Source: Candidatus Altiarchaeales archaeon WOR_SM1_SCG (lineage in GTDB: Archaea > Altiarchaeota > Altiarchaeia > IMC4 > WOR-SM1-SCG). Taken from it: 14,220 nt of DNA. Below, one piece after another: positions 13,659-14,220 of the stretch. The stretch spans positions 1-14,220 of the forward strand of contig MCBE01000255.1 of assembly GCA_001723845.1 (NCBI GenBank), written 5' to 3'. A program made the position numbers and the translations under genes. A model generated the notes under the pieces. The model did not search any database, was not told where the DNA came from, and saw only the letters and a list, made by a program, of their open reading frames with translations. Position 1 is the first letter of the stretch. The number at the start of each line of letters is the position of its first letter.

Positions 13659-14220
13659 ATGAAACAAAAAGATCTGTTGGAAAATTTGGATATTGATCTC
13701 AAGTGCATCGCAGACAAGAAAATAAAGGCGACAATATTGCTCCTTTTCAGTAGGGTAGAGGATTTATCTTCAACTGTTCACAAGCAGCAACAAGAAATTC
13801 AGCGGTTGCGGGACGAGAATAATAGATTAAAAGGCGAACAAGGAAAACCAAACATCAAACCAAATAAAAAGAAGTTGTCTATAGATTTCTCCTCTGAAAA
13901 AGAACGCAAAAAAGCAGACAACCTCCCAAAACGAAAAAGAGATACAAAAAAGGACAAAATTAAAATAGACCGAAAAGAAAAATGCAAGATAAATAGAACT
14001 ATGCTGCCTCCTGATGCCATATTTAGCAGGTATGCAACCGTAGTTGTTCAAGATTTAAAAATAGTAACGGATAACATTGAATTTCAAAAAGAGGTGTGGT
14101 ATTCACCATCGCAAAACAGGACTTACATGGCGGATCTCCCACCGGGTTATAAAAAAGAATATGGTCCCGGAGTCAAAACAATAGCAATTAATATGAAAAA
14201 TGCCTGCAATATGTCCGAGC
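13659..14220 (+). CDS. Transposase, 3-prime partial (runs off the window); IS66-like features
   Basis: The reading frame is open from the ATG at 13659 to the window end (187 codons, verified by hand with no stops). An N-terminal leucine-zipper-like coiled coil (EIQRLRDENNRLKGEQ) is followed by a Lys/Arg-rich linker (KPNIKPNKKKLS...KRKRDTKKDKIK) and then a ...ADLPPGYKKEYGPGVKTIAI segment that resembles the conserved GPGL region of IS66-family TnpC. No CxxC zinc finger is seen, so the family assignment is tentative. Confidence 0.45.
   Translation, partial: MKQKDLLENLDIDLKCIADKKIKATILLLFSRVEDLSSTVHKQQQEIQRLRDENNRLKGEQGKPNIKPNKKKLSIDFSSEKERKKADNLPKRKRDTKKDKIKIDRKEKCKINRTMLPPDAIFSRYATVVVQDLKIVTDNIEFQKEVWYSPSQNRTYMADLPPGYKKEYGPGVKTIAINMKNACNMSE

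Larger units (their letters stand above)
13417..14220. mobile_element. IS-like element (boundaries undefined) made up of the divergently oriented small ORF and the transposase gene; it may have truncated the 5-prime end of the giant surface-protein gene
   Basis: A transposase gene plus a small accessory ORF lie immediately upstream of a gene whose product lacks a proper start and signal peptide. GAGTGTCTC at 13315-13323 and GAGACAC at 13403-13409 form an imperfect inverted pair. No terminal inverted repeats could be defined from one end alone. Confidence 0.35.

Noticed and set aside
13799-14051. Minus-strand ORFs 13799..14020 and 13827..14051
   Set aside because: They are antisense to the open transposase reading frame, and their products are Phe/Leu-rich low complexity derived from the A-rich sense strand.

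Overview
This is an AT-rich archaeal window (the uL13-uS9 ribosomal pair and an intron-containing tRNA argue for a euryarchaeon, possibly Methanosarcinales-like; the lineage call is inference).

Gene content, left to right:
- the 3-prime end of a polytopic membrane protein (partial at the window edge)
- rpl13 and rps9
- a telomere-like G-tract repeat immediately after rps9
- a secreted Cys-rich glycoprotein or lipoprotein candidate
- a cytoplasmic GH13 alpha-amylase-family enzyme
- a second polytopic membrane protein, paralogous to the partial one at the left edge
- two SPFH/stomatin paralogs flanking a small internally duplicated 4-TM protein; the first paralog has a TM anchor and the second lacks it
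- a class V PLP aminotransferase
- a minus-strand tRNA with a roughly 97-nt intron
- a 4.86-kb minus-strand gene for a 1620-aa N- and C-rich surface protein
- at the right edge, an unannotated 47-aa swapped-hairpin-like ORF on the minus strand and a partial IS66-like transposase gene on the plus strand.

The giant surface protein is the most notable feature.
- It has parallel beta-helix repeats, a 1.4-kb-spaced internal module duplication, three 93-aa Cys-rich repeats, five 25-aa CGDGxCEG repeats and an Ig-like domain.
- It ends in one TM helix followed by a 109-aa cytoplasmic tail with a PIN-like, Mut7-C-like signature.
- It has no signal peptide and begins mid-repeat on a TTG codon, which suggests the IS-like element has truncated its 5-prime end.
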